Below are positions 18,057-26,639 of a DNA stretch of 33,771 nt, one piece after another; positions within the stretch are counted from its first letter, which is position 1, and each line of letters opens with the position of its first letter. A program made the translations under genes and the position numbers. Under the pieces are notes generated by a model, which ran no database searches, was not told where the DNA came from, and saw nothing but the letters and a program-made list of their open reading frames with translations. Source of the stretch: Bacteroidota bacterium (GTDB lineage: Bacteria > Bacteroidota > Bacteroidia > Bacteroidales > JADFUO01); the NCBI GenBank assembly GCA_030610255.1, contig JAUWSB010000003.1, forward strand, positions 1 to 33,771. The letters are read 5' to 3'.

Positions 18057-18977
18057 TTAGTCGTTGCTTTCCATTGTCACAACCTGATAAACATCTTTAC
18101 CATTTTGAGTAATGGGTTGAAAATATGTATTGTTAAAAACCACATATTTTTGTCCATCAATTTCCTGTTCTTCTGCACCTTCAGGTATATTTGCTACCAC
18201 TGCACCGTCGGGTGCCACAATTACTTTGTAACCATCATCTTCTTTTGAGTAAAAAGTACCTCCATAATAATAATAGGTTACATCATTAAGCGGTATGGCT
18301 ACTTTATCATCCGGTATTTCTACAACTACAATATTAACCGGTGGTGGAACTACATTATATCCTCCCGAAACCTGTACATAATAAACCCCATAGTCATAAT
18401 AATAAGGTTGGCTGTTTATCGAAACAATAATTGCAGTTGTGGCAACTGTAGCTACAAAAAAACCGAAAGGATGCCAATGGGGACCATAATAATAAGGCCG
18501 ATAAGGATGGTAGCGGTATGGAGAATAACCACGGTGACCATTGTAATAACGATTATGATGGCTATTATTTATATGGACGTTTCTATTCACATTTACGTTC
18601 ACATTTGTCCTTCTATTGTCAATATTCACCTTGTTACCTGATCTGCCTTTTTTCTTATCTCCTCCCTGAATTTTAGTATTTCCTGTTATGTTTCTATCGC
18701 GATTACTTGGCTTAGCTTGGTTTCCCACATTAGGCTTAGCTCGATTCCCCGTACTAGGCTTTACACGATTTACCGTACTAGGCTTAGTTCTTTGGGGTTT
18801 GTTATACTCACGGGTTTGTGGTCGATTAGCAGATCGTGATGCTCCTCCATTTATTGAACGGCCACCTCGGCCACCTCTTCCTGAGGAGGAATGGCGCATA
18901 CGCTGGGCCATAACATCATTCACTGAGAAACTAAGGGTCAAAAGTGTTGTTAAAAAGATAAAAATATATTTTTTCAT
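18057..18977 (-). CDS. Secreted DUF6515-like protein with Arg/Gly-rich low-complexity N-terminus and Tyr-rich beta-repeat C-terminus
   Basis: Signal peptide; GRGGRGGR, KPSTxNRx repeats, NVNVNVN, then YYYDYGVYY..YNVVPPP, YYYYGGTFY..YKVIVAP. Confidence 0.7.
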   Translation of the reverse strand: MKKYIFIFLTTLLTLSFSVNDVMAQRMRHSSSGRGGRGGRSINGGASRSANRPQTREYNKPQRTKPSTVNRVKPSTGNRAKPNVGNQAKPSNRDRNITGNTKIQGGDKKKGRSGNKVNIDNRRTNVNVNVNRNVHINNSHHNRYYNGHRGYSPYRYHPYRPYYYGPHWHPFGFFVATVATTAIIVSINSQPYYYDYGVYYVQVSGGYNVVPPPVNIVVVEIPDDKVAIPLNDVTYYYYGGTFYSKEDDGYKVIVAPDGAVVANIPEGAEEQEIDGQKYVVFNNTYFQPITQNGKDVYQVVTMESND

Positions 18978-18989
18978 GATGACTATAAT

Positions 18990-19718
18990 TTAATTTTTAG
19001 CTTGTAATTTTACTCTGGTTGAATTGACCGGAGGTTCAAATTCAAATAACAAATCAGGTAACTCCGGGTTTACTTTCCAATTTGAAAAGACGGCTTCATA
19101 ATAATTGCCATCTTCAATTTGTGAAGCAATAATTATTTTGTGAGGTAAATTGGAAATTTTCTCTATCCATATTTGTAGAACTTTATCTTTGTTTGATGCT
19201 TCAAGAGCAATACAATCAATGTCATCAATTTTCACTTTGCCTAAATAGTAAACCTGGTCGTAATTCTCTATGATATCATCCGTTAAGCTCGGATAGAAAA
19301 AATCGGCTGCCGGAAAATCAATTTCATATTTACCATGTAAAAAATCTATTGCTGCAATGATGTTTTCAGGGGCAGCAACCGTATCATAAACATTTTTGTC
19401 GTACGAGAAATACGCAAAACTACTACCATTATACCAAAAACCTCTAAGTCCTTTTGTTCCATTTGAATGGACATACATTTTATCGGGCCCGCGCATATAA
19501 ACATCATGTTCGTTACTAAATTCCAAATCGTTACTTTCTGATACAATCGTATTTAATGTGTAGCTACACGAATTCAAGTCTCCGATAGTTTCACTTAAAT
19601 TATCAAGACATTCTATAGCCCGTTCATCATATTTTCCGGTATCTTTATCTGCGGTAGATATACAAGACACGAAAAACAGAGCCGGAGCAATGAAATAAAT
19701 AAGAACTTTTTTGATCAT
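18990..19718 (-). CDS. DUF2092-family lipoprotein (LolA-like fold)
   Basis: Lipobox FVSC; RGPDKM, FWYNGSSF, DFPAADFF, LQIWI, LPHKIII, FSNW, FEFEPP. Confidence 0.8.
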   Translation of the reverse strand: MIKKVLIYFIAPALFFVSCISTADKDTGKYDERAIECLDNLSETIGDLNSCSYTLNTIVSESNDLEFSNEHDVYMRGPDKMYVHSNGTKGLRGFWYNGSSFAYFSYDKNVYDTVAAPENIIAAIDFLHGKYEIDFPAADFFYPSLTDDIIENYDQVYYLGKVKIDDIDCIALEASNKDKVLQIWIEKISNLPHKIIIASQIEDGNYYEAVFSNWKVNPELPDLLFEFEPPVNSTRVKLQAKN

Positions 19719-19759
19719 TTTATATGTTTTTAATTTTTATTAATGAATAATTTAAAATA

Positions 19760-19767
19760 CAAAACTA
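19760..19767 (-). promoter_or_regulatory. -7 box for the DUF2092-DUF6515-sulfatase run
   Basis: CAAAACTA = TAGTTTTG on the minus strand, about 41 bp upstream of ATG. Confidence 0.5.
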
Positions 19768-19804
19768 ACAAAAAAGTTAAGTTTATTAAGAAAATGAATT
19801 AATT

Positions 19805-20320
19805 TGGCTAAATAATATTTTGATGTGCTGGGGAATGAAATAAAAATTATGTATTGTACCATAAACCTAAAATAAAACATTTCTTTGTATGAAAATTGAA
19901 TATAATAACCTTTATACCCATTTTGTTTTCACAACATTATCAACAAAACTTAGGAAAAAATAAGGTAATATTTATATTGAGCGAAGCCGAAATAAGGTTT
20001 TATGTAAGTAGTAAAACATGATGACCGACTCTCACAAACCTTACGACACGAAGTTAGTCCGTATGGATAACCTTATTTTAGTGAGAAGAGTAGAGTAGAA
20101 ATTTCTGAATAGTGTGGATAAAAATTAAGTGTAACTAATCAGAGGTCATTTAGCAATAAATTTAATGAGTCTAATACATTTTGATTATTTTAAAGAATGG
20201 CATCGGCAACTGACCTGAATACTGCAAAGTCAAAAAAGTTTCATAAAGAAGATACAGTTTGCTCAAAAATATAATGAAATATATTTTCATTCCCCAGCAC
20301 ATCAAAATATTATTTTACCA
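19805..20320. mobile_element. Non-coding segment bounded by long terminal inverted repeats (MITE or invertible segment)
   Basis: Perfect 31-bp IR AAATAATATTTTGATGTGCTGGGGAATGAAA at 19810-19840 and 20285-20315, extendable to 34/36; TTAATT directly flanks both sides. Confidence 0.65.
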
Positions 20321-20404
20321 TTAATTTTGTATTTGCTAAATTGAATGCTTCATTATTCCCGGTTAACTGTAATGCAGTAGCAACTAATTCCCGCTCTTTT
20401 ATAA

Positions 20405-20475
20405 ATGTTATACGTTATATGTTTTTTACTTTATAATCGAATAACTTATAACAAATAACGTATAACATATAACAT
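20405..20475. repeat. Inverted heptamer arms (GTTATAY / RTATAAC) forming a hairpin just downstream of hcp
   Basis: Perfect 14-bp IR ATGTTATACGTTAT (20405-20418) / ATAACGTATAACAT (20455-20468). Confidence 0.65.
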
Positions 20476-20477
20476 TT

Positions 20478-22112
20478 TTATAAACCCATAAACATTTTAA
20501 TATCATCTTCAACTTCACCAATACCGGCTATACCGAATTTATCAATCAAAACTTTTGCTACATTCGGTGATAAAAATGCAGGCAACGTTGGTCCGAGATG
20601 AATATTTTTTACACCAAGATAAAGCAAAGCTAATAAAACAGTTACTGCTTTTTGTTCGTACCACGCGATATTGTAAGCAATCGGTAAATCATTAATATCA
20701 TTAAGCTCAAATACTTCTTTAAGTTTAAGAGCAATAACTGCCAATGAATAAGAATCATTGCATTGTCCTGCATCAAGCACTCTTGGAATTCCATTTATAT
20801 TTCCAAGATTAAGTTTATTGTATCGAAATTTTGCACAACCGGCTGTAAGAATAACCGTATCTTTCGGAAGTTTCTCGGCAAACTCGCTATAATAATTTCT
20901 TGTTTTATGACGACCATCGCAACCTGCCATTACAAAGAATTTTTTAATTGCTCCCGATTTAACTGCATCTACAATTTTATCAGCCAATTGCATAACCTGA
21001 TTGTGAGCAAACCCGCCGATGATTTTTCCTGTTTCAATTTCTACCGGAGCTTCACATTTTTTAGCATGTTCGATAATTTGAGAAAAATCTTTTGCTTTAC
21101 CTTCTTCCCTGTCGGGGATGTGAGTAACACCTTCAAATCCCACGGAACCGGTTGTGTAAACACGGGCTTTATAAGATTCTTTTGGCGGAACAAGACAATT
21201 GGTTGTCATTAAAATCGGCCCGTTGAAAGAATCAAATTCCTTATTTTGCTGCCACCAGGCATTACCGTAGTTTCCAACAAAGTGCTTGTATTTTTTTAAA
21301 GCCGGATAATAATTTGCAGGTAACATTTCCCCGTGAGTATAAACATCAACACCTGTTCCTTCGGTTTGTTTCAGGAGTTCTTCCATATCTTTCAGGTCGT
21401 GTCCGCTGATAAGAATTCCGGGCTTTTTTCCAACACCGATATTTACTTCTGAAATTTCAGGATTACCGTAAGATTCTGTATTTGCTTTGTCTAACAGCGC
21501 CATTGTATCAACAGAATATTTTCCACATTCCAGAACAAGTGCAACAAGTTCATCAACAGAAAGATTGTCGTTTAGAGTTGATGACAAGGCTTTTTTTATG
21601 AATTTATGGATACTCTTATCATTGTATCCGAGAGCCATAGCATGATGAAGATATGCAGCCAAACCTTTCAGTCCGTAAATCAATAATTCTCTTAATGAAC
21701 GTACATCTTCATTTTCTGTAGAAAGAACACCGATTATTTCGGCTTTTTTCTCAAATTCTTCAATTGTGCCGGCTGTCCAGTTTCCTGCATCATGTAATTT
21801 GCAAGCACATTCAGGGTCTTTACATTGAGATTTTACTCTGTCTCTCAACTCCAGACCTTTTTTAATTTTTTCAGCAATTACATATTTGTCAAAATTAACA
21901 TTGGTTATTGATGTAAAAAGAGCATCAACAACAAAATCATTAACTTCGGCATCTTCAATTTCAGCATTTTCGCAACAGATTGAAATACCTTTTGAAGTGT
22001 AAATTAATAAATCAAGCAGATTTGAAACATCTTCGCTTTTGCCGCAAACACCTTTTATTGTACAGCCGGTTCCTTTGGCTGTTTCCTGGCATTGATAACA
22101 AAACATACTCAT
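20478..22112 (-). CDS. hcp: Hybrid cluster protein (hydroxylamine/NO reductase), class I
   Basis: [19 protein letters not shown] (C-x2-C-x8-C-x5-C), [52 protein letters not shown]. Confidence 0.97.
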   Translation of the reverse strand: MSMFCYQCQETAKGTGCTIKGVCGKSEDVSNLLDLLIYTSKGISICCENAEIEDAEVNDFVVDALFTSITNVNFDKYVIAEKIKKGLELRDRVKSQCKDPECACKLHDAGNWTAGTIEEFEKKAEIIGVLSTENEDVRSLRELLIYGLKGLAAYLHHAMALGYNDKSIHKFIKKALSSTLNDNLSVDELVALVLECGKYSVDTMALLDKANTESYGNPEISEVNIGVGKKPGILISGHDLKDMEELLKQTEGTGVDVYTHGEMLPANYYPALKKYKHFVGNYGNAWWQQNKEFDSFNGPILMTTNCLVPPKESYKARVYTTGSVGFEGVTHIPDREEGKAKDFSQIIEHAKKCEAPVEIETGKIIGGFAHNQVMQLADKIVDAVKSGAIKKFFVMAGCDGRHKTRNYYSEFAEKLPKDTVILTAGCAKFRYNKLNLGNINGIPRVLDAGQCNDSYSLAVIALKLKEVFELNDINDLPIAYNIAWYEQKAVTVLLALLYLGVKNIHLGPTLPAFLSPNVAKVLIDKFGIAGIGEVEDDIKMFMGL

Positions 22113-22201
22113 AATTTTATTTTTTTATTAGTTTATATTTATTGAAATTTATAAATTTTTGATTAAATTTTATGGCATTTTTCATAAGTATAAAAAGGTA
22201 A

Positions 22202-22393
22202 TTTACACTTTTACAATTTAAGAAAAACCTTATTTTTATTCCTTTAACCTTAGTAAAAAAATAAATAAACTCCTCCTCGAAACCTTATTACCTTATTTTC
22301 ACTCATTTAATAAGGTTTAAATCAAGAATTAATTTTATCTGTTACTAAGGTTAAAAAATTTAAAAATAAGGTTTTCATACAAAAAAGTGTAAA
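22202..22393. repeat. Long nested imperfect inverted repeat upstream of hcp
   Basis: Paired blocks 22202-22212/22383-22393, 22224-22238/22361-22375, 22243-22256/22342-22355 and inner 22280-22290/22308-22318. Confidence 0.7.
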
Positions 22394-22459
22394 CTAAGAA
22401 ATGAAAAATGCCAGCTTTATTTTCCAAGCCTCAGCCTCAGCCTTTTCCTTAGCCTTTCT

Positions 22460-23383
22460 TCATATCCATTCTTCTGATATAACTTCTCCTTTAATTCCTA
22501 TTATCATAGCTTTAACCGGTACTTTTCTTTTTGCTTGTGAAGTTGCGGTTTTAACAATTTGTAATAATCCACTGCAACAAGGTACTTCCATCATCATCAC
22601 TGTTATAGTGTTAATTTTTGCATCGTCAATCAGACTTATTATTTTGGCTATATAAGTTTCAATACCGGAATCAAGTTTCGGACAAGCAATTATCAGAGTT
22701 TTTCCCTTCAAGTAATTTTGGTGAAAATCACCCATTGAAAAAGCAACACAATCGGCTGCAAGCAGCAAATCGGAATTTTTAAAATACGAAGTTGCGGGAT
22801 TAATTAAGTGCATTTGAACAGGCCAATGCCTTAGCTCTGATGCAAATATCGGCTGTTCCGTTTTAGGTAAAGCTGCCTTATTCATTTGTTCGATATTAAT
22901 ATTAAAATCAATCGGCATCGAACCCGGACACCCACCGCTACAAGCACTTTCTTCAACCATATTTTCTTCTTTTTTAATTAAATTTTCAGGTTTAATATTA
23001 TTATGAACGTAATACTTCACATTATCGGGATCAAATTCCAATGAATTTCTATTTTGTTCAAGGTACTGGACACCTAGTTGAAGAAATTCCATTTCGTTAT
23101 GCTCTTTTAAATGTTGTAAATGAGCAATTACTACATTCCTGCCCTTTTTAACCATTTCCTTTATTACAGCAATTTCATCATAAGGCTCAGCTTCTCGTTG
23201 TTCAATTGTTATTGCTCCTTGTGGGCAATGTCCGATACAAGCGCCAAGACCATCACACATCAAATCACTTATTAGCCTTGCTTTTTCATCAATTATTTGC
23301 AAAGCTCCTTCGTGACAATTCGGGATACACAGCCCACAACCGTCACATAATTCTTCGTCAATTTTTATAATATCTCGCTTCAT
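22460..23383 (-). CDS. hcp-associated 4Fe-4S ferredoxin-domain protein
   Basis: CDGCGLCIPNCHEGA and CDGLGACIGHCP; C-terminal domain with GGCPGS, WPVQMHL, AADC, ACPKLD, MEVPCC. Confidence 0.85.
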   Translation of the reverse strand: MKRDIIKIDEELCDGCGLCIPNCHEGALQIIDEKARLISDLMCDGLGACIGHCPQGAITIEQREAEPYDEIAVIKEMVKKGRNVVIAHLQHLKEHNEMEFLQLGVQYLEQNRNSLEFDPDNVKYYVHNNIKPENLIKKEENMVEESACSGGCPGSMPIDFNINIEQMNKAALPKTEQPIFASELRHWPVQMHLINPATSYFKNSDLLLAADCVAFSMGDFHQNYLKGKTLIIACPKLDSGIETYIAKIISLIDDAKINTITVMMMEVPCCSGLLQIVKTATSQAKRKVPVKAMIIGIKGEVISEEWI

Positions 23384-23409
23384 GCCAAATAGATTTTGAA
23401 TTTATTTGT

Positions 23410-23454
23410 CAAAAATACAATACTGCGAAATACAATATTGTAACCTATGTTACA
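23410..23454 (-). promoter_or_regulatory. -7 box plus Crp/Fnr (HcpR-type) palindromic operator
   Basis: TATTTTTG (23410-23417, minus strand) and TGTAACctatGTTACA (23439-23454), separated by 21 bp. Confidence 0.8.
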
Positions 23455-23599
23455 AACCCGATTTTTATTTTAACTTTATTGAAAAAGATTGGAAATCAAT
23501 ACTAAAAGAATATGGTTTTGATAATTTTAAGGAAACCTTTTATTTTAAAAAATATGTCAGATTACTTAAAGCGGTAAAACACTCTGATTATTAAAAAAA

Positions 23600-23822
23600 T
23601 AACCGCCAAGAACGCTAAAATTCGCAAAAAGAAATTTTCTTAGTTTATTCAAATCAAACGTTTAATGTTACTAATCAGTTTATTAATTAATCCCGATAGC
23701 GATGAACGAGCGTATTGGGGTGAAAAGGCTAAAGGCTAAAGTGAAAAGGCTAAACCCTTATTCCCTTATTTCCCCTATTTCCCACACAATTCAATAATAA
23801 TATTTGCGCATTCTGCGGTTTA
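23600..23822. repeat. Second, shorter copy of the composite element, nested in 9-mer-type inverted arms
   Basis: Shares ACTAATCAGTTTATTAAT, TCCCGATAGC, GTGAAAAGGCTAAAGGCTAAAGTRAAAAGGCTAAA and CCCTTATTTCCC with 13633-13920; outer aaccgccaagaacgctaaa / tttgcgcattctgcggtt. Confidence 0.65.
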
Positions 23823-23833
23823 TTTATTTTACT

Positions 23834-25540
23834 TTAGTATAGAAATAATCCTTTCATTTTCTCTTCATCAAATGCTGCTTTTTTGTCAACTATTTTGATA
23901 TATCTTGCAAGTTCGTCCATAATATCTTTTGTCGGAACATGCTCAAAATTTGCTCTGTTTAAAAATAACTCAACTGCTTTGGGCGATTGTCTGAGAATAT
24001 CATACGACATCATTGCTGCTTCTTTTTTATTGTTATTAACCCAATCAATTGCTTTTTTTAATTCACTGATAAATAAATTAGCAATATCAGGATGATTTTT
24101 CAAGAAATCATTTTTAAATATTAAACCGGCATTTGGTAATCGTGTATTTTTCTCATCTATTTGATTCCAAAGTTTTCTGTATGAAAGCGATTCGTGAGCA
24201 GAGGTTCCTGCATTATAAAGAGCAAAACTTGCTTCCGGTTCTCTTAGTAGCACAGTATCGGCTTTACCGCTGATAAAATCGTTTTTAATTTTATCCGGTC
24301 TGCCAAAAGGTTTGTCGTAATGAAAATCAAAATCATCGGGATTATATCCCAATTCTTTCATAATATATTTAGTTACAGCAGTTGGAGGTGCTTCTTTGAA
24401 TAAAGGAGTTTGTATAGTATGACCTTTGATATCTTTAAAGTTGTTAGCTTTATATCCATTTGTAAGCAAATAAAAATTATCCCAGATATCAACAGATACC
24501 ATTTTTATATCAGCACCAACGGCGTAAAGTTTTGTGGCAGCAGCAACAGCAGAAAAGGTAATATCGGCTTTCTTATTAACTATCCATGCCATGTGTTTCT
24601 CTGTTTCTTCCCAAACCTTTAATTCTTTAATGTCAATTTTACTCATCAGCTCGTCCGATTGCAACATTCTCATAATAATCGGATAAGTAATTGGTGTTGC
24701 GGATTGAATAACGAGAGGTATTTTATCTCCTGTAATTTTGATATTATTTTTTGTCGATATTTTATAGAAATAAATTCTGAAATTGTTATTTTCCTTATCC
24801 TCTTCAGTATAATCTTCAAATCCCATTTGGTTGAGCATATTAATAAGAGGCATTGGCTGAAACACTTGTATAAGCACAAAACCTTGTCCGGGTTTAATTG
24901 ATTGGGCATTTTTCATAATTAACTCAAAAGGGTCTTCCGGCATTCCTATAACATTCAATTCGGGAAAGCGGTCCAATTGTTTTTTCCAATCAATTTCAGG
25001 ATTAATTCCTAAATCGTTTTCTGAAGGTAAAATTGTAAGATGAAATTCGTTATCGTTAATTTTTTCGGAATAATATTTATCACCTTTTTCTTCAAACATG
25101 CGTTTTAATGGAAGAGGGTCGAAACTGTTTATAACTGTTAATGCCTGAGCCGGTTTTAATTGTTTTAGTTTTTCAATAATTTTAGGAAAAAAATATCCTT
25201 CTTCATCTCTCACATCATAAATAACAAATTGCTTGATTTCATCGTACCATCCGGGTTTTGTTTCTTGTTGCAAACCATTAGTTTCCTTGATACATTCCGG
25301 GAATATTTTTTCAAGATTTTCTTCTTCGCCAATTGCAGTGTTTACAGTGTGTAATAAGTCGCAAATAGATATTTTTCCGATTTTGGCAACATCATTAAAA
25401 GTAGCCCATCTTGCTACAGTATTAAAGATTAATTTGTTATTAAGCTTTTTAAATTTTGATGAATAACTTATTAATACATCTTTTAGCTCAGGATGTTTTT
25501 CCAAAGCAATTTTTATTTTTGTATCTCCTTTAATTATCAT
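23834..25540 (-). CDS. Fusion protein: DUF1858-like N-terminus, two DUF2249 (TusA-like) domains and a PBP2/NMT1-like solute-binding domain
   Basis: DTKIKIALEKHPELKDVL..FKKLNN..NTVARWAT; DVR..INSFDPLPL and LNV..EDPF..QVFQPMPLI; C-terminal ADI..KLY..DIKG..GKADTVLLREP..KKAIDWVNNN; no signal peptide. Confidence 0.7.
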   Translation of the reverse strand: MIIKGDTKIKIALEKHPELKDVLISYSSKFKKLNNKLIFNTVARWATFNDVAKIGKISICDLLHTVNTAIGEEENLEKIFPECIKETNGLQQETKPGWYDEIKQFVIYDVRDEEGYFFPKIIEKLKQLKPAQALTVINSFDPLPLKRMFEEKGDKYYSEKINDNEFHLTILPSENDLGINPEIDWKKQLDRFPELNVIGMPEDPFELIMKNAQSIKPGQGFVLIQVFQPMPLINMLNQMGFEDYTEEDKENNNFRIYFYKISTKNNIKITGDKIPLVIQSATPITYPIIMRMLQSDELMSKIDIKELKVWEETEKHMAWIVNKKADITFSAVAAATKLYAVGADIKMVSVDIWDNFYLLTNGYKANNFKDIKGHTIQTPLFKEAPPTAVTKYIMKELGYNPDDFDFHYDKPFGRPDKIKNDFISGKADTVLLREPEASFALYNAGTSAHESLSYRKLWNQIDEKNTRLPNAGLIFKNDFLKNHPDIANLFISELKKAIDWVNNNKKEAAMMSYDILRQSPKAVELFLNRANFEHVPTKDIMDELARYIKIVDKKAAFDEEKMKGLFLY

Positions 25541-25572
25541 TACTTTTTTTATTTAAATTTTAACTATTATAG

Positions 25573-25614
25573 TTCTGTCTTCCGTCTTCCGTTTGCCGAT
25601 TGCCAACTGCCGAC
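25573..25614. repeat. Heptamer array (CCGTCTT / CTGCCGA) between ferredoxin and fusion gene
   Basis: ctgtcttccgtcttccgtttgccgattgccaactgccgac. Confidence 0.6.
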
Positions 25615-25803
25615 TTATTCGTGAGATATTGCCTCAACCGGGCAGGATTCTTCACCTTCAAGGGCGCTTTCTTCAAGTTCTGCCGGTATAATGTCCTTAA
25701 TAACATGAGCTTTATCATCGTCTCTCATTTCAAATACTTCAGGGCAAACGCCTTCACATGCCCCGCAACCTATACATAATTCCTGATCTACTATAAATTT
25801 CAT
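25615..25803 (-). CDS. Monocluster [4Fe-4S] ferredoxin
   Basis: 62 aa acidic protein; CIGCGACEGVCPEVF ... SCPVEAI. Confidence 0.92.
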   Translation of the reverse strand: MKFIVDQELCIGCGACEGVCPEVFEMRDDDKAHVIKDIIPAELEESALEGEESCPVEAISHE

Positions 25804-25839
25804 GATTATTCAATTTTAATTTAATACTAATTTTTTATG

Positions 25840-25909
25840 CAAAATTATTATGATGTCACCATTAAAAATGTAACATAAGTTACAAATAAGCAATTATTTT
25901 GTAGTTTTG
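25840..25909. promoter_or_regulatory. Divergent promoters with a central Crp/Fnr operator
   Basis: TAATTTTG on minus (25840-25847), TGTAACataaGTTACA (25869-25884), TAGTTTTG on plus (25902-25909). Confidence 0.8.
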
Positions 25910-25931
25910 AAGAAAATTAATATTTAATAAT

Positions 25932-26603
25932 ATGTATTCAAAAATCTCAGAAACACCAATCTTTAAAGGAATAAATCCGGGCGAAGTTGTACATATTTTA
26001 AATTTAGTACATCATCAAATAAAGACTTATGATCCTGAAACAATTATTGCATACAGCGGTGATGAATGTATAAATTTATATATTTTAATAGAAGGGAGCG
26101 TAAGGGGCGAAGTTGTTGATCTTAAAGGGAAGGTCATAAAAATTGAAGATATTAATGCCCCTGATACTTTTGCAGAAGCATTTTTGTTTGCTGATGAAAA
26201 TAACTTGCTTGTAAACATTGTAACAAACATAAAAACTAAAATTTTAATTATATATAAAGATGATTTATTACAATTATTCAAATCGAATAAAAAAATATTA
26301 GAAAATTATTTGAATATTACTTCAAACAGATTTGTCCTTGTAACAAAGAAATTAAAATTTTTATCTTTAAAAACCATTAAAGGAAAACTGGCAAACTACA
26401 TTTTAGGTTTAGAAAGAAAAAATAAAGGAAAACAGCACTTTTTAATTGACAAAACCCAGGAACAACTGGCAGAATATTTTGGAGTTACCCGTCCGTCATT
26501 GGCAAGGGCTCTTGGCGAAATGAAAGATGAAGGTTTGATAGAAATTAAAAGGAAAGAAATTAAAATCCTTGATAGAAATAATTTGGTTCGAATGTTAAAA
26601 TAA
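25932..26603 (+). CDS. hcpR: Crp/Fnr-family transcriptional regulator (HcpR-like)
   Basis: cNMP-binding-like domain (LYILIEGSV, FAEAFLF), KTIKGKLANY, HTH TQEQLAEYFGVTRPSLARAL; divergent from the hcp cluster. Confidence 0.85.
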   Translation: MYSKISETPIFKGINPGEVVHILNLVHHQIKTYDPETIIAYSGDECINLYILIEGSVRGEVVDLKGKVIKIEDINAPDTFAEAFLFADENNLLVNIVTNIKTKILIIYKDDLLQLFKSNKKILENYLNITSNRFVLVTKKLKFLSLKTIKGKLANYILGLERKNKGKQHFLIDKTQEQLAEYFGVTRPSLARALGEMKDEGLIEIKRKEIKILDRNNLVRMLK

Positions 26604-26639
26604 TTTTTATTTTATTTTCAAGTCTTTAATCTTATTTTA

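Noticed and set aside
9707-19718. Polysaccharide utilisation locus call
   Set aside because: No SusC/SusD pair or CAZymes are linked to the sulfatase; the glycosidase is about 14 kb away in a separate unit
23406-23594. 62-aa plus-strand ORF
   Set aside because: TTG start overlapping the promoter and operator; the 3' half could be a gene remnant, but no family can be supported
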